Shown: positions 11,334 through 22,199 of the stretch, in pieces
Position numbering within the stretch: the first letter of the stretch is position 1
How the letters are laid out: every line of letters starts with the position of its first letter
DNA from: Antechinus flavipes
Taxonomy: Eukaryota
DNA length: 64,000 nucleotides
Direction of reading: 5' to 3'
Assembly: GCF_016432865.1 (NCBI RefSeq)
Contig: NC_067399.1
Span: 3,596,001-3,660,000, forward strand
Translations under genes and position numbers: made by a program
The notes under the pieces: generated by a model
The model's input: only the letters and a program-made list of their open reading frames with translations
Databases searched by the model: none
What the model was told of the DNA's origin: nothing

Positions 11334-13078
11334 ACAAAAGCCAGTCACCCAGTCTGCCTCTTGCCTCCACTGAACATTCTGGGCCTCGAACTCTGGCAAA
11401 CGCACTCTCAGTAACCCAAGAATGGAGCATCACCCCCCGCGAGGAGGCAGCTGGAGATCAGGACCAATGGGGAGGAAGGAAGAGGGATCCCGCCTTCCCC
11501 ACTGGCACCCAGATTTCTCCCCTCACCCCGCCCTGGGCCTGACTCAGCCCATCCTCTTGGTCCTTCTGATTCTGCAGAGATCCCCATGTGAGGCTGCAGT
11601 TTTCCTGAGAGTTTAGCACTTCGCTTCGGTCACAAAAGCCCATCTTTGGGGGCAACCAGGTAGCACAACAACCAGACACCGGCCCCGGAGTCAAGAGGAT
11701 CGGGGTTCGACCCAGCCTCAAACGCTTACTGGCTGTGTGGTCCTGGTCGAACCATCTTACTCCAACTGCAAGAACATGTCTGCCTTTTCTCTGAACCCAG
11801 AAATTTGTTTTCCCCAAATCTAGGGGGCCCCTCGGAGCACACCCAGCTTTCCTGGGGGCTATCTCAGACTCCAAGACCAAGTATTCACTTCTTCTTAAGG
11901 TACCCATCCTTTCTATCTCAGGAACTCTCTTCTTCCTCAGTTGGACAGGGATAAAGCAGGTCCACAAATTGAGTAAATTGTTCTTAGTTGTCTTAAATCC
12001 CACCGAGTTCTTTGCTCTCTATTTCCCAGTTCTTATTCTGTAAATTCTGTAAATGGGAATGGAGTGAGTGGGAGGAACAATGACTACGGGCATGAGGAAA
12101 GGTCATAGCTCTGGCAAAGGGGGGTGGTAGGAAGAGGCGCCCCCATCGGGAGTCTCCACCGCTCTATAAATTACTGGGTGATCTCCACCTCTCCACCCTC
12201 AATTTTCTCATCTGTACAATGGGTAATGGTTGGTTGGTGTCCTTCCTACTCTAAGAGGACCCAGATGACATCACTATGTTAAGAGTTGAAAAAGCAGGTA
12301 CACCGCAGAATCCAGGGGATTTCTTTGTGGTACAGATGAAATAATGAACCTAAAAGGATCTGGATCCCTGGAGTAGGGATTTGAATCATTTATTATTATC
12401 CAGGGGATGGCAACTTTTCATCGTGGGGTCCCCAGGGCGCATGTGAAGTACATGCTTGATGAATTAATGTTGCTTGAATTGAGAACTCACAGCCTGGGCT
12501 CCTTCTGCGGTGGGGGGTTAAGCCTCCAGATGTTTCCCTGTTCAGGCCGACACCCATCTCCCCACCTGTCCACCAGGGTATTTATGGCTGCTTTCTGCTT
12601 TCTCTCCTGCCGGAGGACAGGTGCCCTTGCCGGTGTCTTCCCAGCTCAGACATTTTTGATGGCTCTTCTGCATGAAGAATGGGCCAGACTCCCCAAGCGT
12701 CTCCCTCCCTGGCCCATGACCTGCTGCATTTCTTCTTACCAGTGATGCTGTAGCGTGTTAGCCCTCGAACTGCCAAGATCTTATGATACCTTGGTGTTCT
12801 TTCCCAAAAGTGAAATATCTGACCAAGACCCTTGACCTTTCCCCCATCTGTATCCTTCCTCAGAGACTCTACTCATGGATTCCCTTTTCTCTATTGCTCC
12901 ACTCACTCCATTTTGCCTATGCCATGTCTCCCTCCTGAGACTTACCTTCCCTGGAGCCGACTACTTGTTCTGATCCCTGCAGATGCGTCTCCTTGATCTT
13001 CCTGAGGAACAGCTAGGAGGGCTTCTCCCCTGACTCCTGTCAGCATGGGACTCTACTGAGCAGGACCTCAGCGGCCTG

Positions 13079-13080
<2 letters not shown>

Positions 13081-13144
<64 letters not shown>
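13081..13144. repeat. (TC)32 microsatellite
   Basis: Directly visible. Confidence 0.98.
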
Positions 13145-13148
<4 letters not shown>

Positions 13149-13679
13149 CCCCTTCTCTGTCTCTCTCTCGCGTTTTCCGTTTCTCTCCATTACTCTTCCC
13201 CTTTCATCTTTTTCTGCCTGTCTCTGTCTCTCAAAGTGGAGCAGTCAGTAATTTCTTAGCTTGCCTCAACAATATGAAGGAAGGAACAAGAAGAGATTTC
13301 ATTCTATATCTTCTTTTGTGGGAGTGGAAATGATAGGAACCTTAGGAGCAAGTGATCGGTCCACCTAGTGCTCTCAATCTGAGGACAGTAGATTTCAAAC
13401 GTTTCAGAGAAAGATAATATATGAACCCAATGATTTAAATCTCAGACAAGAATTTGGTCTAAGAGAGATAGAAAACTCAAAATTGAAATGGTGGAGACAA
13501 AAAAAACAATTTGTTCCCAGTAAATTCACCCCAGCCTAATTTTGTATTTTGAAGAATTGGGTTAATAAAGATAATTCTTTCAAGAGATGGATGAATGGGA
13601 TGTAGTTTTCAAACTTCCATCAAACTATGACATTAAATACTAATGATTTAGCCTATGCAAGCACAAAGTAAAATTACAG

Positions 13680-13890
13680 TAGGAAAGGAGAAAGAGAAAG
13701 ATGAAGGGAGGGAGGAAAGGAGGAAGGGAGACAGAAGAGAGAAAAGAAAAGGGGAGAAGAGGACAGGTGAAGAGAGGAGAGAAGAGGGGAAACAGACAGA
13801 GACAGAGAGGCAGAGACAGAGAGATAATGGAAGAGAGAGAGAGAGAGCTAATAGGAGAGAGAGAGCAAGAGAGACAGACAGAGTGAGAAG
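13680..13890. repeat. GA-rich low-complexity tract
   Basis: Polypurine run of GAGA/GGAA/GACA units. Confidence 0.9.
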
Positions 13891-14589
13891 AAAGCCAAGT
13901 TGTGAGATTCTCTGCAGATGGCGTGGGATCATCCTAGAATTCCTGGTTGTTGCCAAAGCCCAAACCTCCTTGAGTAGTTCGTCCCCAAAGTGCCTGCGTT
14001 GGACAGGGTGAATCCTGGCAGAGAAGCCAGAGATAGAGAACTGCTTCTTGCCTCAGCAGCTGGGGAAGCTCCCTGCCTCCTAATTGCGCCTCCTTAGCCC
14101 AGTCACCATCAGGATCTTGCTGGTGTTTTCTCCACCACTTTGGAGTCAAACTCCAGGGACTCACCTTTCTGTCCTCGGTGTCTGCAGGGCACAGATAATC
14201 ATCTCTTGATCCTCAGCTCTGTCCCCACCCAGGGCGGAGGTGTCCATTCACATTGAGGTACCACAACTTCAGGGGCCCCGGCAGGCGTGGTAGAAGGGCA
14301 GAGATGGATGGGGCTCCTGCCCATGAGTGTTTGGGGAAAATCTATCCTGAAGAAAACAAGCAGGAGTGGGAGGAAGAGCACGTGTAAGGATTAGTCTTGT
14401 TCTGCTTGGTTCCAGTTGGGAGACTCAGGAATAATGGGGAGACGTCACAGACACCAGTTTAGGCTTGGAGTCACTGGGTGATGATCGGCTCTGATGGATG
14501 TAGCGGTGAGTCAAGGCAATTCCAACTGACTTGGGATGGAAGGAGCTGTTGACATCCAGGGAGGGTGAAGGAGACTAATGGGGAGCAGA

Positions 14590-14848
14590 GGGCAGTATTC
14601 GCACCTTTTGTTGTTTGCTTGTTTTTTATTTTATGTTTTTTTCTCTTTTGATCTGATGGTTTTTCTTGGATAGCATGATGATATGGAAATATTTTTAGAA
14701 GAATTGCAGACATTTAACCTGTTTAGATCAAACTGTCTTGGGGAGAGGGGGAGGAGAGGGAGAGAAATCTGGGATCCAAAGTTCTGTGAAAGTGAATGTG
14801 GAAAATGATCTTTGCATGTATTTGGAAAAATAGAGTGCCATTAAAAAG
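14590..14848 (+). mobile_element. Old marsupial L1 3' end
   Basis: 'gggagagggggaggagagggagagaaatctgg...gtgaatgtggaaaatgatctttgcatgtatttggaaaaat' is a typical L1 3' UTR terminus. Confidence 0.8.
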
Positions 14849-14857
14849 AAGGACCAA

Positions 14858-15078
14858 AATTTATTGTTATATATTTTGAATCCTCCCTGATGTTCTGCTG
14901 GGCATATGACAATGTTCTGTTCTGTTCTGTTTTGTTTTGTTCTGTATTCCTTTTTTTATTGTTTTTTAATAAGATAAATAAAACTTTTTAAAAGTTCAAG
15001 AGACACAAAAAAAGATATATTGTGAAGGCTTGCAAGCTGAATAAAAGTTTCATGAAACTTAAAAAAAAAAAAAAAAAA
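14858..15078 (+). mobile_element. Short 5'-truncated retroposed insert with poly(A) and 9-bp TSD
   Basis: TSD aaggaccaa at 14849-14857 and 15079-15087. AATAAA at 14977 and 15040. A-tract from 15061. Confidence 0.8.
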
Positions 15079-15334
15079 AAGGACCAAGAGCAGTTTCAGG
15101 CAGGTGGAGAAATTGGATGGGGAAGGGAAGAGATCCAGAAAATACTCCTGGGACTATGGGAAGCCCTGTGGGAGATGAGGAAGGGGCTTCATCCCAGGCA
15201 GAGGGAGAAAGGAGTCTGAGTAAAGGGATCTGAGATCAGACAGTTGGCTGGAATACACAGGAGGTAGTGATGAGGACGCAATGACTATGACCATGACAAT
15301 GATAATGGAGGAGGAGAGAAGGAAGGGGGAGGAG

Positions 15335-15510
15335 AAACATTATTTTTGGAGCACTTTGCGCAAATCGCCTTATTTGAGCCTTACAATCCTGGAGGGGATG
15401 AGAGGATGGGATGATGGGGTAGGAATACTCATTCCTATTTCACAGATGAGGAAACTGAGGCAGATAAAGGTCACAAAATCAGTCTGTGTGAGGCTGAATT
15501 TGAACTCAGG
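15335..15510 (-). mobile_element. MIR/CORE-SINE
   Basis: 'cctatttcacagatgaggaaactgaggcag...tttgaactcagg'. Confidence 0.8.
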
Positions 15511-16699
15511 TAATGGGATGTGCTGGGGCAGAAAGTCAGGCATTGAGGTAAGTGATGGCCACACAAGGGACCGGACAACCCCCTCCCTTACTGACCCAGA
15601 GTCCGGAGCTGCTACTTAGCATCTGTAGGGCACTCATGCCCTCCCCTGCCCAAGATTCTCCCAGGCTCTGATCTTCCCTACAGAAGAGGGAGGATGGAAG
15701 TGTGAGCCAGGTGGAGTCGGTGCCAAGCTGTAGGAAAGCTGTCTGCTAGAGCTCCTGGGGCAGGAAGAAGGCTGGCATCTCGGTGCCCCCATGGCCTGGC
15801 ATGGTCTGGCAGAACAGTGGGGTAAACTGTGCCCTGCCCAACTGGACGGAATCCCGACCTAGACCTCCCTAAGCTACACAGCTCTGCTGCGTGTCCCAGA
15901 GCCGGGGGCCTGGGAGGCGCTGGCTGTTCCGGAAATCAGCCATGGAATGAGCAAGGAGGCAGAGGGGGCTGCCCAGGACAGGCCCGGCCACACAGCGCAG
16001 CACTGGCGGCCAGCTCATGGAGGATCCAGGGCTTTCCCATTGGGGAAGGCCCTTCCCCGTCACTGTTTTCTCCTCTGGTGCTCTCCAGAAAGGGGCCCAG
16101 TCAGTATTAAATGGCTAGGATTTGTATGAGAAAAACTGGGGGACTGGGGAGGGTCAGGCTGAAGGAAAAGGCCAGGGGAAAAGGGAGAAAAATCAAGATG
16201 CCCAAGATGTGGGCCACACAGTAAGGAGCCTGGACCGGGCACCCGCATCCTGTTCCAGATCCCAGATGGGATCAGCTGGGCTATATCATTACAGCCACAG
16301 CATGAAGACCTGAGTCTGTGGGCAATGGTGAGCCATCCAAGGTTTCTGAACCGGAGAGGGACCATAGTGATGAGACTGAGGGTGAAGAGGATCCAGGGAA
16401 GACAACACTGGGACCCCCAGAGGAAAAGAGGGCAAAGTCTGAAGGACCCCAGAGGATTCCAGGAAAGCTCAGAGAGGAGGGAGGACAATGGAACGGGGTT
16501 CAGCCCCAGCAATCACAGGGGGTATCTTCAGCGGCTGCTGTATGGGGCAGCACTGACCCACCCCAGAAGGAAACGGGCTAGGAAAGGGGGCGGGACAGAA
16601 AGGGACCCAGCGAGAGCCTTAGGAGCAGAAGAAGGGCAAGGAAAACCCAGGGAGGGCACAGAAGTGACAGCAGCCCCCAGGGGAGCGCTGTCTGCCTAC

Positions 16700-18050
16700 T
16701 TTGGAGGCTGATTGCAGGAGCCACCTGGGTCCGGTGCCGGGGCTCCCCTCACCGTCCCTCCCCTCCCCCTCAATGCGCGCTGACACAGATCCGTGGCTCG
16801 GCTCCCTCTCCTGATCTTCGGCCAAGCCTTCCTCGCGCTCCATTTGTTCCCATTCTCCTTTCTGGAGAGACTTGCAAGGAGGACGCTCTTATCACCGATC
16901 AAACCCCCAAGTGCTCCCCGAGTTCAAAGGGGGCTTTCCCAGGGCCGACTGGACTTGGTTGTGAAGTAGCTTCCTGCCATGCGGGGAGGGGGGGCTCGCA
17001 GGTCCCTGGGGCAGAGAGGGGGAGGGGACATCTCCGGCTTGACATCCCGCTTCCTCACCTCCGTCCCCCAGGGGTTTGACCCTCCAGCCTCCCAGGAAAA
17101 GCAGCTAAGCCCCTTCTCCCCAGGCAGGGACCCTCCCGGCAGTCCCCGATGGGAGCCTCCTCTTCAGATACACAATCGGCAGCGCTCCCCCGGCCCCCAC
17201 CCTCCAACCTCAGCCCCCACCTTCCAAAGCAAAAGTGATTCAGGAGGATGGGCTCTTCCCACCAGTCTTTGGCCTAAATTAGAAACAGTTGTGTGATTAT
17301 CAGTCTGGAAAAAGAGCAAAGCCCAGGGTGCTGGGGAGCCCAGAGGGAGAAGGGGAAGATGGGGGAGATGGGGGGGATGGAGGAGATGGGGGGGATGGAG
17401 GAGCCAGGTTCACTCAGGTCAGAAGGAGGGAGCAAGCCCCGGGGCTCAGAGAAGGCCCGAAAGATTCAGGGCCGCACCGAGCCCAGGACTAGGCTGAGGA
17501 CCGGGGCGGGGCCTCCTCCGTGCTCCCCCCATAACAAGGCTGAGGATGGGGCAGGGCCTCCTCCACGCTCCCCCCCCCCAACAAGGCTGAGGACAGGGGC
17601 GGGGCCTCCTCCGCGCTCCCCCCCTAACAAGACTGAGGACAGGGGCGGGGCCTCCTCCGCGCTCCGCCCTCTAGCCTCCACAAGGCTGAGGTTGGGTGTC
17701 CCCAAACCCGACAAAACTGAGGACCCCTCCCATCTTACGGCCCCCACCATTGGTTTGGTCCGTCCCTGCTGCCCTCAAACGCTCCTCGTCGGCCTTCGCC
17801 ATCCCCCAGTCCCTCTGCTTGGGATCACAGCGGGGAGAGCGCAGAGCTGGGATCGCCCAACTTCTTTTTTATTTTAAACTGAAATCCCAATGGGAAAACC
17901 GGAACATGGCCGCGAGCGCAGCTGAGAGAAGAGCCAAGATGCGAAGCAGTGAACGTCCATTTCAAGGGAGCCTGGGGACGAACACTGCCCACGGTGCCCA
18001 GGCCGCCGGCTTAGCTCTGCTTCCCCGAGGCTTTCTTTGGTTCTCTGCTG
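16700..18050. promoter_or_regulatory. CpG/GC-rich island
   Basis: Many retained CpGs, GC boxes and CTTATCA (GATA) near 16888. Boundaries judged by eye. Confidence 0.55.
17491..17692. repeat. ~46-bp minisatellite, about 4.2 copies, carrying GGGGCGGGG boxes
   Basis: Unit starts (aggctgagga) at 17491, 17537, 17584, 17630 and 17683. Confidence 0.92.
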
Positions 18051-18155
18051 GGCATCTTTTACGTTATTTTTTCCTCTTCCTCCCCCCCCCCAAATTTATA
18101 TACATCTTATATATATATATACCCAGACAGACATATGTACGCATATGCTTGTATT

Positions 18156-18157
<2 letters not shown>

Positions 18158-18193
<36 letters not shown>
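18158..18193. repeat. (AC)18 microsatellite
   Basis: Directly visible. Confidence 0.98.
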
Positions 18194-18196
<3 letters not shown>

Positions 18197-18662
18197 CAAC
18201 TTTCCATCCATCCCCACAGAGACCTCTAACCATGTATGTGCACGGACACCAGTGCGACCACACGGTGCTTATTCCCGCCTATCCGCTGCTTCCCGCCTAA
18301 GTCCTGCTCTTTCCAGATTGTTCTAAGTCCCCCGGCTCATCCTCTCCTACCTCCCAGTAATATCCCAGCCTGTGCGGTCTAGTTGCTTTTTTAATGACCT
18401 AAAACCATATCGATTCCATGGCTGACTAGACCATATGTATATGTAGTAGTTTCCCTAGTGTCTCTTTTGATTAAATGTTTACTTTGAGATCATTACTCCC
18501 CCTTCTTCCATAGCAAATTCTGCTCCTGATCTTTATCTGATTTTTGTGCATCTCTCATTCGTGTAACATTTCTGGAAGCCACATATTGTTTCCCCCTCAG
18601 TGTCTCAATCGGTAAAATGACCAGGTTGGCCTTGAAGATTCTTAAAGTCCCTTCCAGCTAAA

Positions 18663-19150
18663 CCTGCGGTCCTGCCGCTCGCTGCTCCCCTCCCGGTCCC
18701 ACTGTTGGCATAAGGTGCCACGTTCCCTGCGGTCCTGCCGCTGGCTGTTCCCCTCGCAGTCCCACTGTTGGCATAAGATGCCACGTTCCCTGTGGTCCTG
18801 CCGCTCACTGTTCCCCTCGCGGTCCCACTGTTGGCATAAGCGGGCCACGTTCCCTGCGGTCCTGCGCTCACTGCTCCCCTCGGTCCCACTGTTGGCATAA
18901 GGTGCCACGTTCCCTGCGGTCCTGCGCTCACTGCTCCCCTCGCAGTCCCACTGTTGGCATAAGGTGCCACGTTCCCTGCGGTCCTGCGCTCACTGCTCCC
19001 CTCGCAGTCCCACTGTTGGCATAAGATGCCACGTTCCCTGCGGTCCTGCACTCACTGCTCCCCTCGCAGTCCCACTGTTGGCATAAGGTGCCACGTTCCC
19101 TGCGGTCCTGCCGCTCGCTGCTCCCCTCGCGGTCCCACTGTTGGCATAAG
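18663..19150. repeat. 61-63-bp GC-rich VNTR, 8 copies
   Basis: GTTGGCATAAG recurs at 18704, 18767, 18830, 18891, 18953, 19015, 19077 and 19140, and the units are highly similar. Confidence 0.97.
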
Positions 19151-19179
19151 CCGGTCATGTTCTCCGCTGCCTCTTCTGG

Positions 19180-19275
19180 CCCCATTTATCCCTCCACCCT
19201 CCGGGTTCTGGTTCCAGTCATTGGCCAAAGTGACATCACTACGTTCGAGTTACAGGGCGTCTGATTGGCCGATCA
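19180..19275 (-). promoter_or_regulatory. Promoter-like module: two CCAAT boxes, CRE-like site and TATA-like site
   Basis: ATTGG at 19220 and 19264 (CCAAT on minus), TGACATCA at 19231, and GATAAAT on minus at 19190-19184. Confidence 0.5.
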
Positions 19276-20164
19276 GACCAGTCCGAGCTTGGGCTCTGCC
19301 ACAAGGGAAGGGAGGGGACACAAATAGTCCCTCTGAACATTCGGGGGCTTCTCTAACTTTGGAAGTCTCAAGTTTCTTCTGAGCCGATTCAATTCTTCCC
19401 CCCCTTGTCCGATGAAGGCACCCACGCTGGGCGGCCCTGTGCCAGTGTCTCCCAGGATTGCAATCATATCAGTCAACCGAAAGGACTTTTCACAGCTGCC
19501 TCCAATCTCTGGGACTGGCTTTTTGAGCTGCAAAAGGCTTAGGTGTGGAGCGAGAGGGGAGGGGGTGCCGGCCGCTGTCCACGGACAGGTGGTGGCCATC
19601 CCCCAGCCCCTCCCCCAACGAGCTCTCCCTCAGCTCCGAGGGGCCTCAGTCTTGACCCGAGTGCCGAGTTCATGTGTAAAACACCCCCAAAGGGAGCCAA
19701 GCAGCCCGGAGGAGGAAGCCATCCCGAGTGCAGAGATGCCTGTGAGATAAGGCCCGAGGCAGCTGCTGAAAGCAACACCCAGGGACGGGGCGGGGACCCA
19801 GGCTCTTGCAAGGCCTTCCACCTCCTCTTCGCCAAGCTGCTCGCCCCCTCCCAGTTATTACCAGAGGAGCTGAATGTGCGAGTCTGTTTGTTCCTTATCT
19901 GCTGCTTTCAATTGACATTTTATTTACCTGCCATAAAAAAACCTCTGTTGGTCAGCAGAATTTCTAAGCCGTATGTCACAGTTATTTAGTGCTCGTGGAT
20001 GGAGATGGAAGAAAAAGAGAGAGAAAGCATTTTCTGCTTTAGAGAGACGGAAGATTTGCTCCAGATGTGTGGCCAGATGGGTTTAGGAACAGAGCCATTA
20101 TGGCAAAGAAGGGAGAGTGGCATTGGACTGTTGGAACCTGGGGAAACCATTTTTAAATGCATAT

Positions 20165-20415
20165 TTTTTGTTCAGTCATTTCAATCTCGGCTGACTCTTT
20201 GTGACCCCTCCTGGGGTTTTCTTGGCAAGGACACTGGAGGGGTTTGCCATTTCTTTCTCTAGATCATTTTACAGATGAGAAAACTGAGGTAGAAGGGATT
20301 GAGTGATTTGCCCAGGATCATCCAGCTAGTAAGTGTCTGGGGCTGGATTTTAACTCACAAAGATCAGCTTTCTTGATTCCAGACCCAATGTTGTGTCCAT
20401 CGCGCCACCTTGTTG
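20165..20415 (-). mobile_element. MAR1-type SINE (copy 1)
   Basis: CORE motif plus RTE-derived tail 'ggggttttcttggcaaggacactggaggggtttgccatttc'. Confidence 0.85.
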
Positions 20416-20439
20416 CCCCCCATATTTTAAAATGTATAT

Positions 20440-20685
20440 TTTTTTGGTTCAGTCATTTCAATTTGATCTGACTCTATGTGATCTTTCTTTGGGTTTTCTT
20501 GGCAAAGATACTGGAAGGTTTGCTATTTCTTTCTCTAGATCATTTTACAGATGAGGAAACTGAGATAGTCAGGATTAAGTGATTTTAGGATCACACAGCC
20601 AATAAGTGGCTGGATTTTAGCTCACAAAGATGAGCTTTCTTGATTCCAGACCTAATGCTCTGCCCATTGCACCATCTTATTGCAT
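20440..20685 (-). mobile_element. MAR1-type SINE (copy 2)
   Basis: Same structure as copy 1, lying immediately adjacent. Confidence 0.85.
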
Positions 20686-20999
20686 ATACTTTTAGTTTTA
20701 AAAAAAAAAAGAAAAGAAAAGAAATGATATAAGCTGATAATAACCCCAGGCTACAAATGGGAATGTAAAGACATTTTCCAGACACTTGATGCACAAGCTT
20801 GGAAAAGCAAGCCATGTTCCTATAAAGGGAAAGGGAAAGCAACATCCTTGCAGGGAAATGGGTTGATACTGGAGAAGCTCCACCCCCCTGGACTGGGGTG
20901 GGGGGTGAAGCGAGAACATTCAGACCCATTATTTGGCTAGGGGGACAATTGATAGCTCAGTCAGAATTACTGGCCAGTAACACTTGGTGTTTATCTACT

Positions 21000-21540
21000 C
21001 ATCAGACTCAATGTCCTTTCTCAATCTTCATCTTTCTCAATCCCTGCAGTATTTGAAATTGTTGGCTGCCCTCTCTTAGCTCATTTCTCTTCTCTGGGGT
21101 TTTCCTGATCTCTTGCTTTTCCTTCTATAGATGATTCCTCCTTCTCAACCCTCTTTCTGGCCCATCATTCATCTCACCCTCCCTAACTGTGGGTGGGGAG
21201 GTGGGAGTGTCCAAGAATGTGTCCTAGGTCCCCTATCCTCACCCCACCTCCATCAGTTCTCATGAATCTAAGCATCCTCTCTCTGTAGATGACTCATGTA
21301 TACTCCCGTTCAGTCCCAGTTGCTGTACTGAACATCAGTCCTGCGATCAGGATGCCTGTTGGGTATTTTGAACTGTCTCCCAGAGAGAACTCCAACTCTG
21401 TCCAACATGGATCCATCGTCTTTTCCCTCAAAGTCCCGCTTCTTCCAAACTCCCCATTCCCTGGCTCATAACCTCAGAATTTCCCAATCACTCCATATCT
21501 CTAATCAGGTGGATGTACAATCACCAGCTGTCGTTTCTAG
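21000..21540 (+). mobile_element. L2 fragment
   Basis: Pyrimidine-rich L2 ORF2/3' text such as 'tttctcaatcttcatctttctcaatccctgcagtatttga' and 'tattttgaactgtctccc'. Confidence 0.6.
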
Positions 21541-21660
21541 AGCATTTTAATGTTTGCAATCACTTCAAAAATATGATGTCATCTGACCTTCCCCCAGCCC
21601 TGAGGTAGGTACATTATTATACTCATTTTATAGATGAGGCATTTAATAGATGGCCTAATG

Positions 21661-22184
21661 CAGCGGCTTTCAAAGTAAGAGCTGTGGACCCCCAGGGGCC
21701 CTGAGGGCCTTTTAGGGGATAGGCGAGGTCAGAACGATTTTCATAATAATACTAAGATATTATTTCCCTATTAAGCACCCCTCCCTCTTCTAACTACATA
21801 TCTGTGTGAGGCCAGATTGCCTTCATATACTTCAACCAAAACAACAGATTGCAACAGATCGAATGCAGAAGCAGATGTGAGAACACAGCTGGCTTCTATT
21901 AAGTCAGACATTAAAGAGATTTGTGAAAATATGCAAAACAATGCAGCTCTTCTCACTAATTTTCCTTGTTTTGGAAAATATGCTTATTTTCCATAAAAAG
22001 TATTTTATGTTGACATGTAATGGGTTTACTATTTTTTTTAAACGAATTAATAGCTTAAAACTCTTATCCATTTGAATTTATAATATAGAAGATGTCTATA
22101 GGTAGAATTCACATAAAGAGAAGCTCTTTGGAGTCTTCCAAACTTTTAAAGTGTGTAAAGGGGTCTTGAGTTTGAAAACCACTG
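21661..22184. mobile_element. Charlie1-like hAT non-autonomous DNA transposon
   Basis: 14-bp TIRs cagcggctttcaaa (21661) and tttgaaaaccactg (22171-22184), matching at 12/14. Internal 'cttctattaagtcagacattaaagagatttg' resembles Charlie1. The 8-bp TSD is not preserved. Confidence 0.8.
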
Positions 22185-22199
22185 AAAAGGGGGAATATA

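Noticed and set aside
12740-12789. Peptide RYHKILAVRGL resembling filovirus NP N-terminus (DYHKILTAGL), suggesting an endogenous viral element
   Set aside because: The match is limited to about 5-7 residues, and no further NP-like sequence appears in any neighbouring frame.
12983-13033. MRLLDLPEEQL, F-box-like start
   Set aside because: Stops after 16 codons with no splice donor before the stop.
18605-19185. Several minus-strand ORFs (148, 88 and 85 aa) with repeated LCQQWD/YANSGTARG motifs; CRISPR-like regular spacing
   Set aside because: They are products of the 62-bp VNTR, whose unit lengths of 61-63 bp shift frame. The units are contiguous with no unique spacers, there are no cas genes, and the DNA is mammalian.
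21601-21625. TGAGGTAG let-7-like seed
   Set aside because: Lies in MIR text, diverges from let-7 after 8 nt, and forms no hairpin.
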